Below, in pieces: positions 22,901 through 32,000 of a DNA stretch of 32,000 bases. Made by a program: the position numbers and the translations under genes. Numbering within the stretch: position 1 is the first letter of the stretch; each line of letters starts with the position of its first letter. The notes under the pieces are model-generated. The model saw nothing but the letters and a program-made list of their open reading frames with translations. It searched no databases and was not told where the DNA came from. This stretch comes from Zygophlyctis sp. KS116 (Eukaryota > Fungi > Chytridiomycota): contig BAAFSQ010000062.1 in NCBI GenBank assembly GCA_054661495.1, forward strand, positions 1 to 32,000, in the 5' to 3' direction.

Positions 22901-23985
22901 CTCATATTGATCTGAAGCCAGTCAATGTTTGGGATCATTTGATATGGATGGATATGTTTAATTATGGCGGAATTCTCTATGAAAATATTGAAGAAATAAT
23001 AGGATCCGAGAATTACAATCGTGAAAATGGTCAAATGAAGATTGAATCTACTGTTGATTTCCGATGGAATATGGCAGAATATCTTCCACCAGCTTGTAAA
23101 AAATATTTTATCAAATTTGCTGCCGAATATGTTTTCGAAATTGATCAGTTCAAAAAAAAACAAAAAATCATTGCTGCATCTTCAAATACAGAAAATGAGG
23201 ACGCATCAAAAGGAATGGTAGGATTTGTACCAGCATCCAAAATATTGGAAAATTTATCCATGTTTACTCGACAGCTTCTAAGCACTGTTATGAAGCGTCG
23301 ATTGTTACAAGTTATAAGACAGATTCAACGACAGGAGATAAATGAGGAAGAAGTATCACTGGAATCACAATACGAGTTTCCTATTCTTCCTGGATCACAT
23401 TTGATATTAAAAAATCCAGCACTAGAATTCGTTAAACATATCACTAAATTATTTTCTTTGGATTCAGCAGTCTCTCGAGAGTCACGACTATTAAGAAGAG
23501 ATTTACTAAATTTAATTGGAATCAGGGAATTCAGTGATGAAGCCAAATTTACCAATCCTTGTGAAACATTTTGTCTTCAGCAAGTTATATGTGACTTTTG
23601 TAATCATTGCCAGGATTTGGATCTTACGAGAGAAGACAATACCGAAATTGATGAAGATGAAGAGTTGGATATTCAAAGGAAAAATTCATGGAGTTGTCCT
23701 AGTTGTCATACTCTATACGATAAGTTGGGAATAGAACAGAAATTAGTCAATATTGTTCGTAAACGTCTATTAACTTGGCAATTGCAAGATTTGAAATGTG
23801 AAAGATGTAAATTAGTTCGAGCTGAAGAGATACTGACAACTTGTGCAGAGTGTACTGGCAAATTGGTCACAGAACTCGATAAAAATGTATTTGTAAGAAG
23901 AATGAAGGTATTTCAGAATATTGCAGAATTCTATGAAATGAATTTACTCAAAGAAGTTGTTGGTTGGGCGACATGTTTAATTTGA
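16943..23985 (+). CDS. POL2: DNA polymerase epsilon catalytic subunit A, 9 introns
   Basis: GWLVNMHPT, exonuclease [15 protein letters not shown], polymerase [30 protein letters not shown] and LELDTDGIW, Fe-S cysteines CATCDFN..C/CQRENPF, C-terminal CDFC..CPSC and CERC..CAEC. Start is ATG 16943 (preferred) or 16877. Confidence 0.98.
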
Positions 23986-24639
23986 TGAATTCTGATAAAA
24001 TTCTTATTTTACCAGTATCTATAATTGGCTCTGGAAAAACGACTCTAGCCAAAGTCTTGAGTAATGTATGTCCATATTCTTTTTGTCATATACAAAATGA
24101 TAATATGCCCAGGAAGTGTACCGCAAAACATTTTCTGAGTCATGTTTTGAAAGCATTTGAGACTCATCAAGTTGTGTTTGCCGATAAGAATAATCATTTG
24201 GGAATGCATCGGGAGAAGATTGCTCAATTGTTTTTAGAAAGATATCCAAATGGTTTTATTGGTATTTAGCATATAGTTACAAATTAGTGGCGTTGGATTG
24301 GATGGTTGAAAGTTATGATAAGACAGCAGTTGTTGAATTGTGTAAGCGGCGGGTCATGGATCGGTGGGTTTTATTTAATTAATAGATAGAGGGGAAGATC
24401 ATCAATGTTTAACTCCATCATTGACACCGCAGTATCAATCTATTATTTACGATTTTCTCGTAAAAAGGGATCCGCTTGATATCAGAAATAAATCAGATTT
24501 CCGTATTCATAAAGTTATCAAGATGATGCTATTCGAAAATGCATCCACCAATGTTCAGATAGTTTGCAGGGAGCTCGCTTGGGAGTGTCCTTTGCAGGAT
24601 CAGTTGGATCAGTTGATTAAACATGTTACAAAAAAGTAG
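23985..24639 (+). CDS. Stand-alone Trl1-type (fungal tRNA ligase) 5'-OH RNA kinase domain, about 200 aa, 2 introns
   Basis: ILPVSIIGSGKTT P-loop, HIQNDN, VVFADKNNH and RVMDRGEDHQ match the Trl1 kinase motifs (IGCGKTT, HIQNDN, ADRNNH, R..RGDNHQ). Introns 24262-24287 and 24364-24389 (26 nt each) restore the frame. Alternative ATG at 23973. Confidence 0.85.
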
Positions 24640-24641
24640 CT

Positions 24642-26391
24642 TTATGAAAAATAAGCAGTTACTTTGCTGTTCTTTAGAACCTTTGATAAATGTGAAATTA
24701 CTTCTCTAGACAATTTTTGGCAATTGGTAAAATGTAGATTTTGCCATGAGGATCCAGAATTTTGAGCCAGATCAATAATGCCACGGTTGGTCACGATACT
24801 ATCTGATATATTAAGTGAGTGAATATTTGGATAGTTTTGAAGAAAATCCAAAAGTTTATCAGAAATGGTTGATATATCAAGACTTTCAAAGCAGTAATTT
24901 GATTCCAATAAACTCTGGATTCCATCTTCAGAAATTTTCGGACACTTTGAAAGATTTATTGTCTTTAGAGAAAGTGACGAGAGTTTGACTATTCCTTGAT
25001 TAGAAATGTGCGCACATCCTTTAAAATTTATATGGGTTAGTTTTCGACAAGATTTAGAAATTAAGGAAATTATTGAGTCATCTAAAAACGGTGTTTTTGG
25101 GATCTCTAATCTTTCCAGGTTCGGAGAGTTACTAATAAATCTGGAAAAATCATCTTTAAAGTTATTTGATGTGAATGAGTTTCCTCCAAAAACTATCCAT
25201 GTCCATCCAGAATGCTTGGATAACGTATTTAATGTTCGATTAGTAATTTTTGTGGATCCACTTATATCAATCCCTTGCAATAACGGGGCTGCATTGATAA
25301 CACTAATTATTGAATTATCAGATAAATCTTGTGAATGTGAGACCCATAGCTCTGTCAAGGCCAACGGAATATTTGCATTCTTGAATTTATCACAGACAGC
25401 AAATCCTGCATCAGTGATAAGAGGACATTTTGAAACATTTAAACATTTTAAAGATCTACAAAGATCAAAAATTCGGCGTAAACAGGTGTCATCTGTTCGG
25501 GTATCTTCCAGTATTAAATTAGTAAGAGACTTCCCCATACACCTTAGTGCATCAATTAATGCAGATGAATTAATTCTTGTGCAAGTCAAATCCAAATATA
25601 TAATACTTCTACATCTATGAGTAATCAGTGATTTGAGATCATTGATTAAACTGCAATTCTTTAGAGATAATTTAAAAATTCGATCTTTCGCAATGTTTAT
25701 AATCACTTCTAAAGATATTTTATCAATTTTTCTAGAGAATGATTCCAAGTCTAATTCACGCCATAGTAAACTGGTTCCATTTACCACTGCTCTCCAGTGC
25801 TTTGAAACTTGAGACATTCGACATCTATCTCTTAATGGCAAATACCTAAAATTTATTCATAAACATAATACCATAATACAATATTCATTAATTCTACCGG
25901 TAAAATCCTTTGTTTTAAATTTTCTTTATAAACTTGAACATTGTTTGTTTTCCGAATTTTGACAATTTTCTTGGACCTGAGTTTTATATCATTCTCCTTG
26001 TCTTCTATTTCCTAAATTTTAAAATTGCTATTTATACCTTGTATTTAGGATCACTTTTGTCTACATTTGCCTGTCCTAACTCAACAACTTTTAATGCATT
26101 ATCAAACTGTCCGAGAGCATTGTAACACTTGATCGCCTTTAAGTACGCCCGTGGCTCTACTGGGAACAGCTTTAAAAGTTTTTTAAGATCAGTCAATGCA
26201 CTTTGATCATCTTTTAGCGCTGTCAAACAATTTGCTCGAAGATGCAATAAATGAAAATCATGTTTATGAATTTTCAGTCCCTTTCTTTACTTTGACATGA
26301 ATACCTTTGAGGCCTTAATTATTGCCTCTTTATACCGTTTATACTTATAATCAGAGACTGCATCATTTAAATAAGGACTGGAGGAATCCAT
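24642..26391 (-). CDS. TPR + F-box + LRR protein, Dia2/Pof3-like SCF substrate receptor, 557 aa, 3 introns
   Basis: Introns 26281-26304, 26012-26037 and 25846-25871. N-terminal TPRs (LRANCLTALKDDQSALTDLKKLLKLFPVEPRAYLKAIKCYNALGQFDNALKVVELG), F-box LPVELMNIVLWYLPLRDRCRMSQVSKHWR, then Cys-containing LRRs (LNVSKCPLITDAG, INFKGCAHISNQG). Confidence 0.85.
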
Positions 26392-26412
26392 TAAAACTTT
26401 ATAAATTAAACA

Positions 26413-26444
26413 GAATGTCCGAACTGGGAACGAATGTCCGAACT
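26413..26444. promoter_or_regulatory. 13-bp direct repeat GAATGTCCGAACT (two copies) in the divergent Dia2-like/Dna2 promoter
   Basis: Exact copies at 26413-26425 and 26432-26444 within the 174-bp intergenic region. The regulatory role is inferred. Confidence 0.55.
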
Positions 26445-26565
26445 CTGCGGATATGAATTATAATCTTTGCGCCTCTAAAACCCCAAAACGACTCCTGTGT
26501 CACCGGCCTAAGCTGGACTGAATGACATATTAGAGCGGAATCAGTGGATATATTAATACTTTAGT

Positions 26566-29500
26566 ATGGACGAAAAAGAAAATATGGATGGGCATTTCAT
26601 AGAACCAATAATAGATAAAGGACATGAAAATGTTAGCGTTGTATGGTTGAATTCTCCGCAAGACTTTTCTACTGTAATTTTGACAATTAATTTGTAGAAA
26701 TCTCTGCCTAAATCCAAGAATGCGCCAAAACGATCATTTAGTCTTAGCACGATACAAGCATCCCCTGCATTTAAATTCAAAGACAGGAAAAAGCTAAAGG
26801 AAAATTCAAAGATTCATGGTACAATATTAGAAAAGAAGGCAAAAGTAAAAGAATTTTGGGAAAATATCGAATCTAAAATTTCCACGTCAGAAAATCTACA
26901 ATCTGATGTTTTCATCGAGGATTATTCTCTGGTGCAGAATAAAGATCATAGGAGTTTGGCAAAAACTTTGGTAGATGGGGATGATTTCTTTTCAGATTTT
27001 GAAGAAGATGAACTCTTTTTATCCATGGATGTCGACGCGGTTATTCAGCAGCAGGAAGAACAAGTTTATGTAGCCCCCAAATTTTATAGAATTCGAATTA
27101 CATCAGTGCAAGATATACAAACTGAGAACACTAGGATCAAGGTAGATAGCTTTCTTTTATATTCAGGAAATTATGGGAAACCTCTCTAGTAATAAAGCAC
27201 AAATAAGAATCCAGCTTAAAGATGACTGGTATGATCTTGATTTAGCTCCAGGTAAGACATTTTATGATCACTTTTAGGTGACTTTATACATATAACTGGT
27301 GTATTGAATCTCAATCATTCATGTCATATAATTGGAAATAATTGTGATAATTTAATTATAAATCATCCTGATTTGCTTTTGTCTGTTACTGCTGTTGCGG
27401 ATTCGTTTGAATGTGTGCGAAAGTCTTATCTTTCTAATCGGACTGGACTAGTGAACAGCGCCTCTCCTCCAATGGTTCACGGGAAAATGCTTCATGAACT
27501 TTTTCAAATGTCACTGCAAAGTGGGAATTTTTCTAAAAATGGAATTAAACAAAATTTAGAAACAGTGATTCAAAATTCAAAGACTGCTCTGTATTCGATT
27601 GATGAAAATGAGGAAAAGGCAAGGTCGGTATTAGGAGAGAATGTAGAGCGATTATCATCGTGGGGAAGCGTATATTTTGGCCCAAAGCCTACGGTATTGC
27701 ATTATTCTAATCAAAAAGGCTTCATCTATTCTTGATAGCACTGCAACTGAAAAATTTCCTTCTTTCGGGTCTATTAAAACAGTGATAGACATTGAAGAAA
27801 GGATCTGGAGTCCAAGTTACGGAATTAAGGGATATATAGACGCTACAACCATGATAAACTTTGATAATGTTGATTCGCGCAAAGACTTGCTTGTACCGTT
27901 GGAATTTAAGACAGGAAAAAACTGCTCCATATCCCATGAAGCGCAAACTGGTCTCTATACATTAATGATCTCTGATAAATATGGTAATATTTTTAATCAG
28001 CTGAATATAGGAGTTGAATGCTCTGCTGGTATATTATATTATTTATTGGGATCCAAAATGAAAATAATTACAAGAAAACTACATCATATTCGAGCCCTTA
28101 TCATTGGGAGGAATTTGTTAGCCCAGTATATTAAGTCTGGAAATCAGCTACCACCCATGCTTACACATCGAAAATTTACATGCCAGCGATGCTATGCCTT
28201 AGACGCATGTCTATTCTACCACAAAGCCTATGAAAATGGAACCATTAATACTGTTAGTTCAACTGGCCTGCAGGTGGAATTTGAAGACAAGACCAAGCAT
28301 TTGACAAAAGATCATATTCAGTTTTTCAAAAAATGGGATTCTTTGATTTCTCTAGAGGAACCCGGCGATGAACATATTAGAAGAGAGATCTGGACTCTTG
28401 AAAGTGATGAGCGTGAACAGCTGGGAAGGTTTGTTAGAGATTAATGATAATCTAGATGTTTTTCTCGTATGAAAATACTCGACACCCGCAGTGAATCATC
28501 AAATGCGAAGGGTATTAGGCAATACACTTACACATTCGTCCGATCTGATACAAAATATGGGTCATTACTAGACTCCAGCATCAAAGACAACGAGCCAATA
28601 GTCATTTCATCAGAGAATGGACAGGTAGCTCTTGCCGTGGGATATGTGAAAAAAATATGCGCTCTTTCTATCACAGTTGAGGTAGACAAATCATTAATTG
28701 AAGTTTCGCATATTTCTTCCAATTTATCCGGGGTTAAGTCAACAGGAGCTTTATTCAGAATAGATAAGGATCAATTATCAGGAGGATCGAACATATCCAG
28801 AAATAATTTAATTAACCTCTTCATTGATCCAAAATCGGACAAATTAAGAGAGCTCATTGTCGATTGCAAAGCACCTTACTTTTCTTCGTCGAAGGTGGAT
28901 ATAAATGACCCACGACTTAATGTAGACCAGTCGAATGCGGTATCTAAAGTGCTTTCCGGTAACAAATAATTGTTTAAATAACTAGCTCGGGACTATGCGG
29001 TGATTTTAGGCATGCCTGGGACCGGAAAAACATTTACAATATCACAACTTGTTAAAGAACTTGTATCAAGAAACAAATCTGTTCTTTTGACAGCTTATAC
29101 ACATTCAGCAGTGGATAATATCCTTCTAAAATTAATTGACGAGAAAGTAGATTTTTGTCGAATCGGAAATCATCAAAGGGTCAGAATTTTGAATGTTAAT
29201 CTTTAGATACATCCTGATGTTTTACCATATACAGCTGAATTTCAGAAGGAATTCAAAACGGTTTCAGAGATGGAATCATATTTTGATTCGAAATGGGTAA
29301 TCGCGACAACTTCTCTTGCATTAAATCAGTACTTTTCTTAATTAAAAGGCTTACTTATAGTGTTATCTTCACCAAAAAAAGATTCGACTATTGCATTGTG
29401 GATGAAGCTTCTCAATTGACTCTACCGCAGTGTCTTGGCCCGCTTCAATATGCCAATACTTTTGTACTAGTAGGAGATCATTTTCAGCTTTCGCCCTTGG

Positions 29501-30291
29501 TTCGTAACAAGGAAGCACTTAATGGTGGCATGGCAGAATCGTTGTTCAAAACTCTGGCAGAAAATCATCCAGATTCTGTCATTGATCTTAGATACCAGTA
29601 TCGAATGAATTCTGAGATAATGAACCTATCAAACACTTTAATTTATGGAAAACGCTTAATATGCGCAAATTCAAAGATCTCAGAATCAAACTTTATTTTT
29701 AATAATCCAGCAGGTCCAGTCAAGTGCTTTAAAGGAATTCTTTCAGAAAAAATCATCCATAGAATTATTGATAAAAGGTACGTGATAAATGGATATTTTA
29801 ATTGATTTAGAACGGGTGTTGTATTTATCAATACAGATGAAATGCCCAATTCTATAGAATCAAACAATGCTGAAACAATTCAAAATTGTACTGAAGCTAA
29901 ATTAGTTTCTCAGGTAGATTATATTTCTTGACTCTAGATTCTTAATGCATTCTTGTCTCACGGGGCGTCTTTGAGACAGATAGGCATTCTATCATTCTAT
30001 AACTCACAAATTCAATTGATCAAAAGTGAAATTTCAGATATCCATCCAGATCTTGAACTAATGACCATTGATAAATCTCAGGGAAGAGACAAGGATTGTA
30101 TCATAGTTTCATTTGTACGATCAAATCCAGATGGAAATGTCGGAAACCTGTTACAAGATTGGCGAAGAATCAATGTGTTGCTTACCCGAGCTAAAACCAA
30201 ACTTATTATGATTGGTTCTATATCGACTTTGGAGAAGGTTCCAATCTTGCATCAGTTATTTTTAATGTTAAAAGATACATGTATCGTATAA
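26566..30291 (+). CDS. DNA2: DNA replication nuclease/helicase Dna2, about 11 introns; exact C-terminus uncertain
   Basis: [61 protein letters not shown], Fe-[11 protein letters not shown], Walker [33 protein letters not shown] and [11 protein letters not shown]. Confidence 0.96.
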
Positions 30292-30373
30292 CCTGCCATT
30301 GCTCTGCTTGAGGTTCATCTTAATTTGGGGGCAGGTTAATCCTTCCGCCCAGTGTAGGGTATACATTCAAAAA

Positions 30374-31004
30374 ATGATTTTGTTGCCGTCAATCTTCTTA
30401 TCTGGAGTCTTATCATTTAGTGGACGACTAACTTACTTTCATCCTGGCTTGGGAGCATGTGGGGGAACCAATTCCGGCTCAGATCTGATTGTAGCCATGG
30501 TAAATTATAAATTTGTTAAATATTAAGAATTCTGAACAGTACAGTGGAACTTGCGGACGCTCGCTATGCATAAATTACGGAGGTAATTCTGTCTCCGCTA
30601 CAGTTGTTGACATGTGTCCCGACTGCCCATTTGGTGCATTGGACAGCTCACCTTCTGTCTTTGAGAGATTAGCTGGTGGTTTAGGTGCAGGAGTAGTTCA
30701 GGTTTCTTGGAATTTTGGAGGTTGCGGTAGCGGTAGCACTCAGGCTAGTGCCAGTTCTTCTTCAAGCTCTCGCTCTACTGAAAGTCAATCTTCACAGACC
30801 TCAACAACCTCAACAAGTAGAACTTCTAGTACATCTAGAACTTCAAGTACATCTAGAACTTCTAGTACCTCAAGTACATCTACTTCATCGATAGCTACTT
30901 CAAATGCAACTAGTACAAATGTTGAATCTTCAACCTCTCCTTCTTCTGCAACAGTTTCTTTTATTCCGCTGAGCCAACGGACGGCTTGCTACATTTCTCG
31001 TTAG
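30374..31004 (+). CDS. Secreted expansin/loosenin-like protein (RlpA-like double-psi beta-barrel) with Ser/Thr-rich tail
   Basis: Signal-like MILLPSIFLSGVLS, then FSGRLTYFHPGLGACG..SDLIVAM, intron 30500-30527, CGRSLCINYGGNSVSATVVDMCPDCPFGALDSSPSVFERLA..VSW, then an S/T tract. Confidence 0.9.
30819..30872 (+). repeat. 18-bp coding tandem repeat, three copies (RTSSTS)
   Basis: agaacttctagtacatct / agaacttcaagtacatct / agaacttctagtacctca. Confidence 0.9.
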
Positions 31005-31448
31005 TAATCTGTTTTTGAATAAATTTGGGAAAATTCTAATTTTTAATTTGTGTAATTTTTTATGTTTCAATTCTCTCTATGCAGAGTGTTTAAAATTTCC
31101 TATTAATGCATATTATAACATGTGGTAACTATCTAGAATGTCATTTAGTGCTTGTAATTAATAAAATATGTTTCTTGTCAGATATGATAATGAGTCAATA
31201 CATGATTCCAAAACTTTTGTTGACGGATGGCTGGGAATCGGGCTTGTAGTGAGTATCAGTGACAGATTTGCCATTTGAAGTGACAACCTGACCCCAACAA
31301 TGTCCGATAATTTGTCTACCAGATAATGGTCATGTCTCAATGAAAGTAACAAATAAAAACTGCAGGCAGATAGCTTGCAAAATCATCTTAAGAATCAATG
31401 TTCTGATATCTTTCCCTTGATCATATATCATACAATCCCCAAGAGGCT

Positions 31449-32000
31449 TCATTGTTGAGCCTTGTACTCATTTTCAGTAATAAATTCACCATTCACAACA
31501 TAGAATTTCTGATTATTTTCCTCCTTGTACCATACCTCAGTTGTTGGATCTTGACATAAGTTGGGTTGACCCTCTTCGATGATGCATATTCGTTCTAATT
31601 CCTTAAAATAGCATCTTTTGTCCTGGTGATCATCAATATAACAGTATTGCTTCAGCTTATCATCGTAAGTATATTTAATCCCATCCGCAGTTACGTGTGG
31701 TCTGGGAGGAATCCAGGCATTCGAAACGTCATCAAAGGTCATATTCGTTCCTTCAAAGTTCATTGAATACAAACCATCTTTATCAGCACAAATCGGCGGA
31801 TGATCATTTCCAATGAGGCAGAATTGCATAACTAATTCATTGAAACAGTTGTACATAGCATCTGTCGTATAGCAATACTCATCCCGAGTTTTATTCAGCT
31901 GAAGGGACACTCCCTCCACAATAAAGTTTTCTGGTCTTTCATCAACGCCAATCGCTTTATCGAGTGCAGGATCGATCAAAAATAATTGTAGGCAAACCAA
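31449..32000 (-). CDS. 3' part of a hypothetical protein with two internal Cys/Tyr-rich repeats
   Basis: Frame open from the window edge to TGA at 31449; two similar 4-Cys units (YCYTTDAMYNCF...FCLIG...PICAD and YCYIDDHQDKRCY...ICIIE...NLCQD). Confidence 0.75.
   Translation of the reverse strand: MVCLQLFLIDPALDKAIGVDERPENFIVEGVSLQLNKTRDEYCYTTDAMYNCFNELVMQFCLIGNDHPPICADKDGLYSMNFEGTNMTFDDVSNAWIPPRPHVTADGIKYTYDDKLKQYCYIDDHQDKRCYFKELERICIIEEGQPNLCQDPTTEVWYKEENNQKFYVVNGEFITENEYKAQQ

Noticed and set aside
19977-23734. Small ORFs nested in or antisense to the POL2 long exon
   Set aside because: Short (64-94 aa), lacking motifs, and expected by chance.
25006-25620. 204-aa plus-strand ORF
   Set aside because: Antisense shadow of the F-box/LRR exon with no recognisable motifs.
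27780-28220. Cas4-like nuclease with Fe-S cysteines suggesting CRISPR or casposon
   Set aside because: This is the normal Dna2 nuclease domain fused to its SF1 helicase; there is no repeat-spacer array or cas1.
30280-30340. Possible frameshift or extra GAG-ended intron (30286-30312) extending the Dna2 C-terminus
   Set aside because: All helicase motifs are complete before the stop at 30291; the alternatives cannot be distinguished without RNA data.

Overview
Gene-dense, AT-rich eukaryotic genomic DNA, most likely from a zoosporic (chytrid-grade) fungus. This is an inference from fungal-type genes (APSES/KilA-N factor, Trl1-type kinase, TPR-F-box-LRR Dia2/Pof3) co-occurring with a flagellate-type centrin. 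About 17 protein-coding genes can be reconstructed by hand-splicing roughly 65-70 very short GT-AG introns (almost all 23-35 nt), which explains the fragmented ORF track. In order: a Ser/Thr-rich partial gene, Nup160, a hypothetical protein, Pds5, a plant-type LRR membrane protein, centrin, a Derlin-like protein, a C2H2 transcription factor, Rcd1/CNOT9, an APSES + AT-hook + GATA-finger factor, a PQ-loop transporter, a hypothetical protein, DNA polymerase epsilon (Pol2), a stand-alone Trl1-type RNA kinase, Dia2/Pof3-like F-box, Dna2, an expansin/loosenin-like protein and a partial Cys-repeat protein. Most notable: (1) the stand-alone tRNA-ligase kinase starts on or inside the Pol2 stop codon (TGATG); (2) an unusual APSES/AT-hook/GATA architecture is hidden behind a 29-nt intron; (3) several replication genes cluster and share a GAWTGTCCGAA motif; (4) the LRR gene has one repeat per 72-nt exon; (5) compaction is extreme. 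All family calls come from motif recognition by eye, with no database searches. No RNA genes, transposons or CRISPR arrays were recognised.
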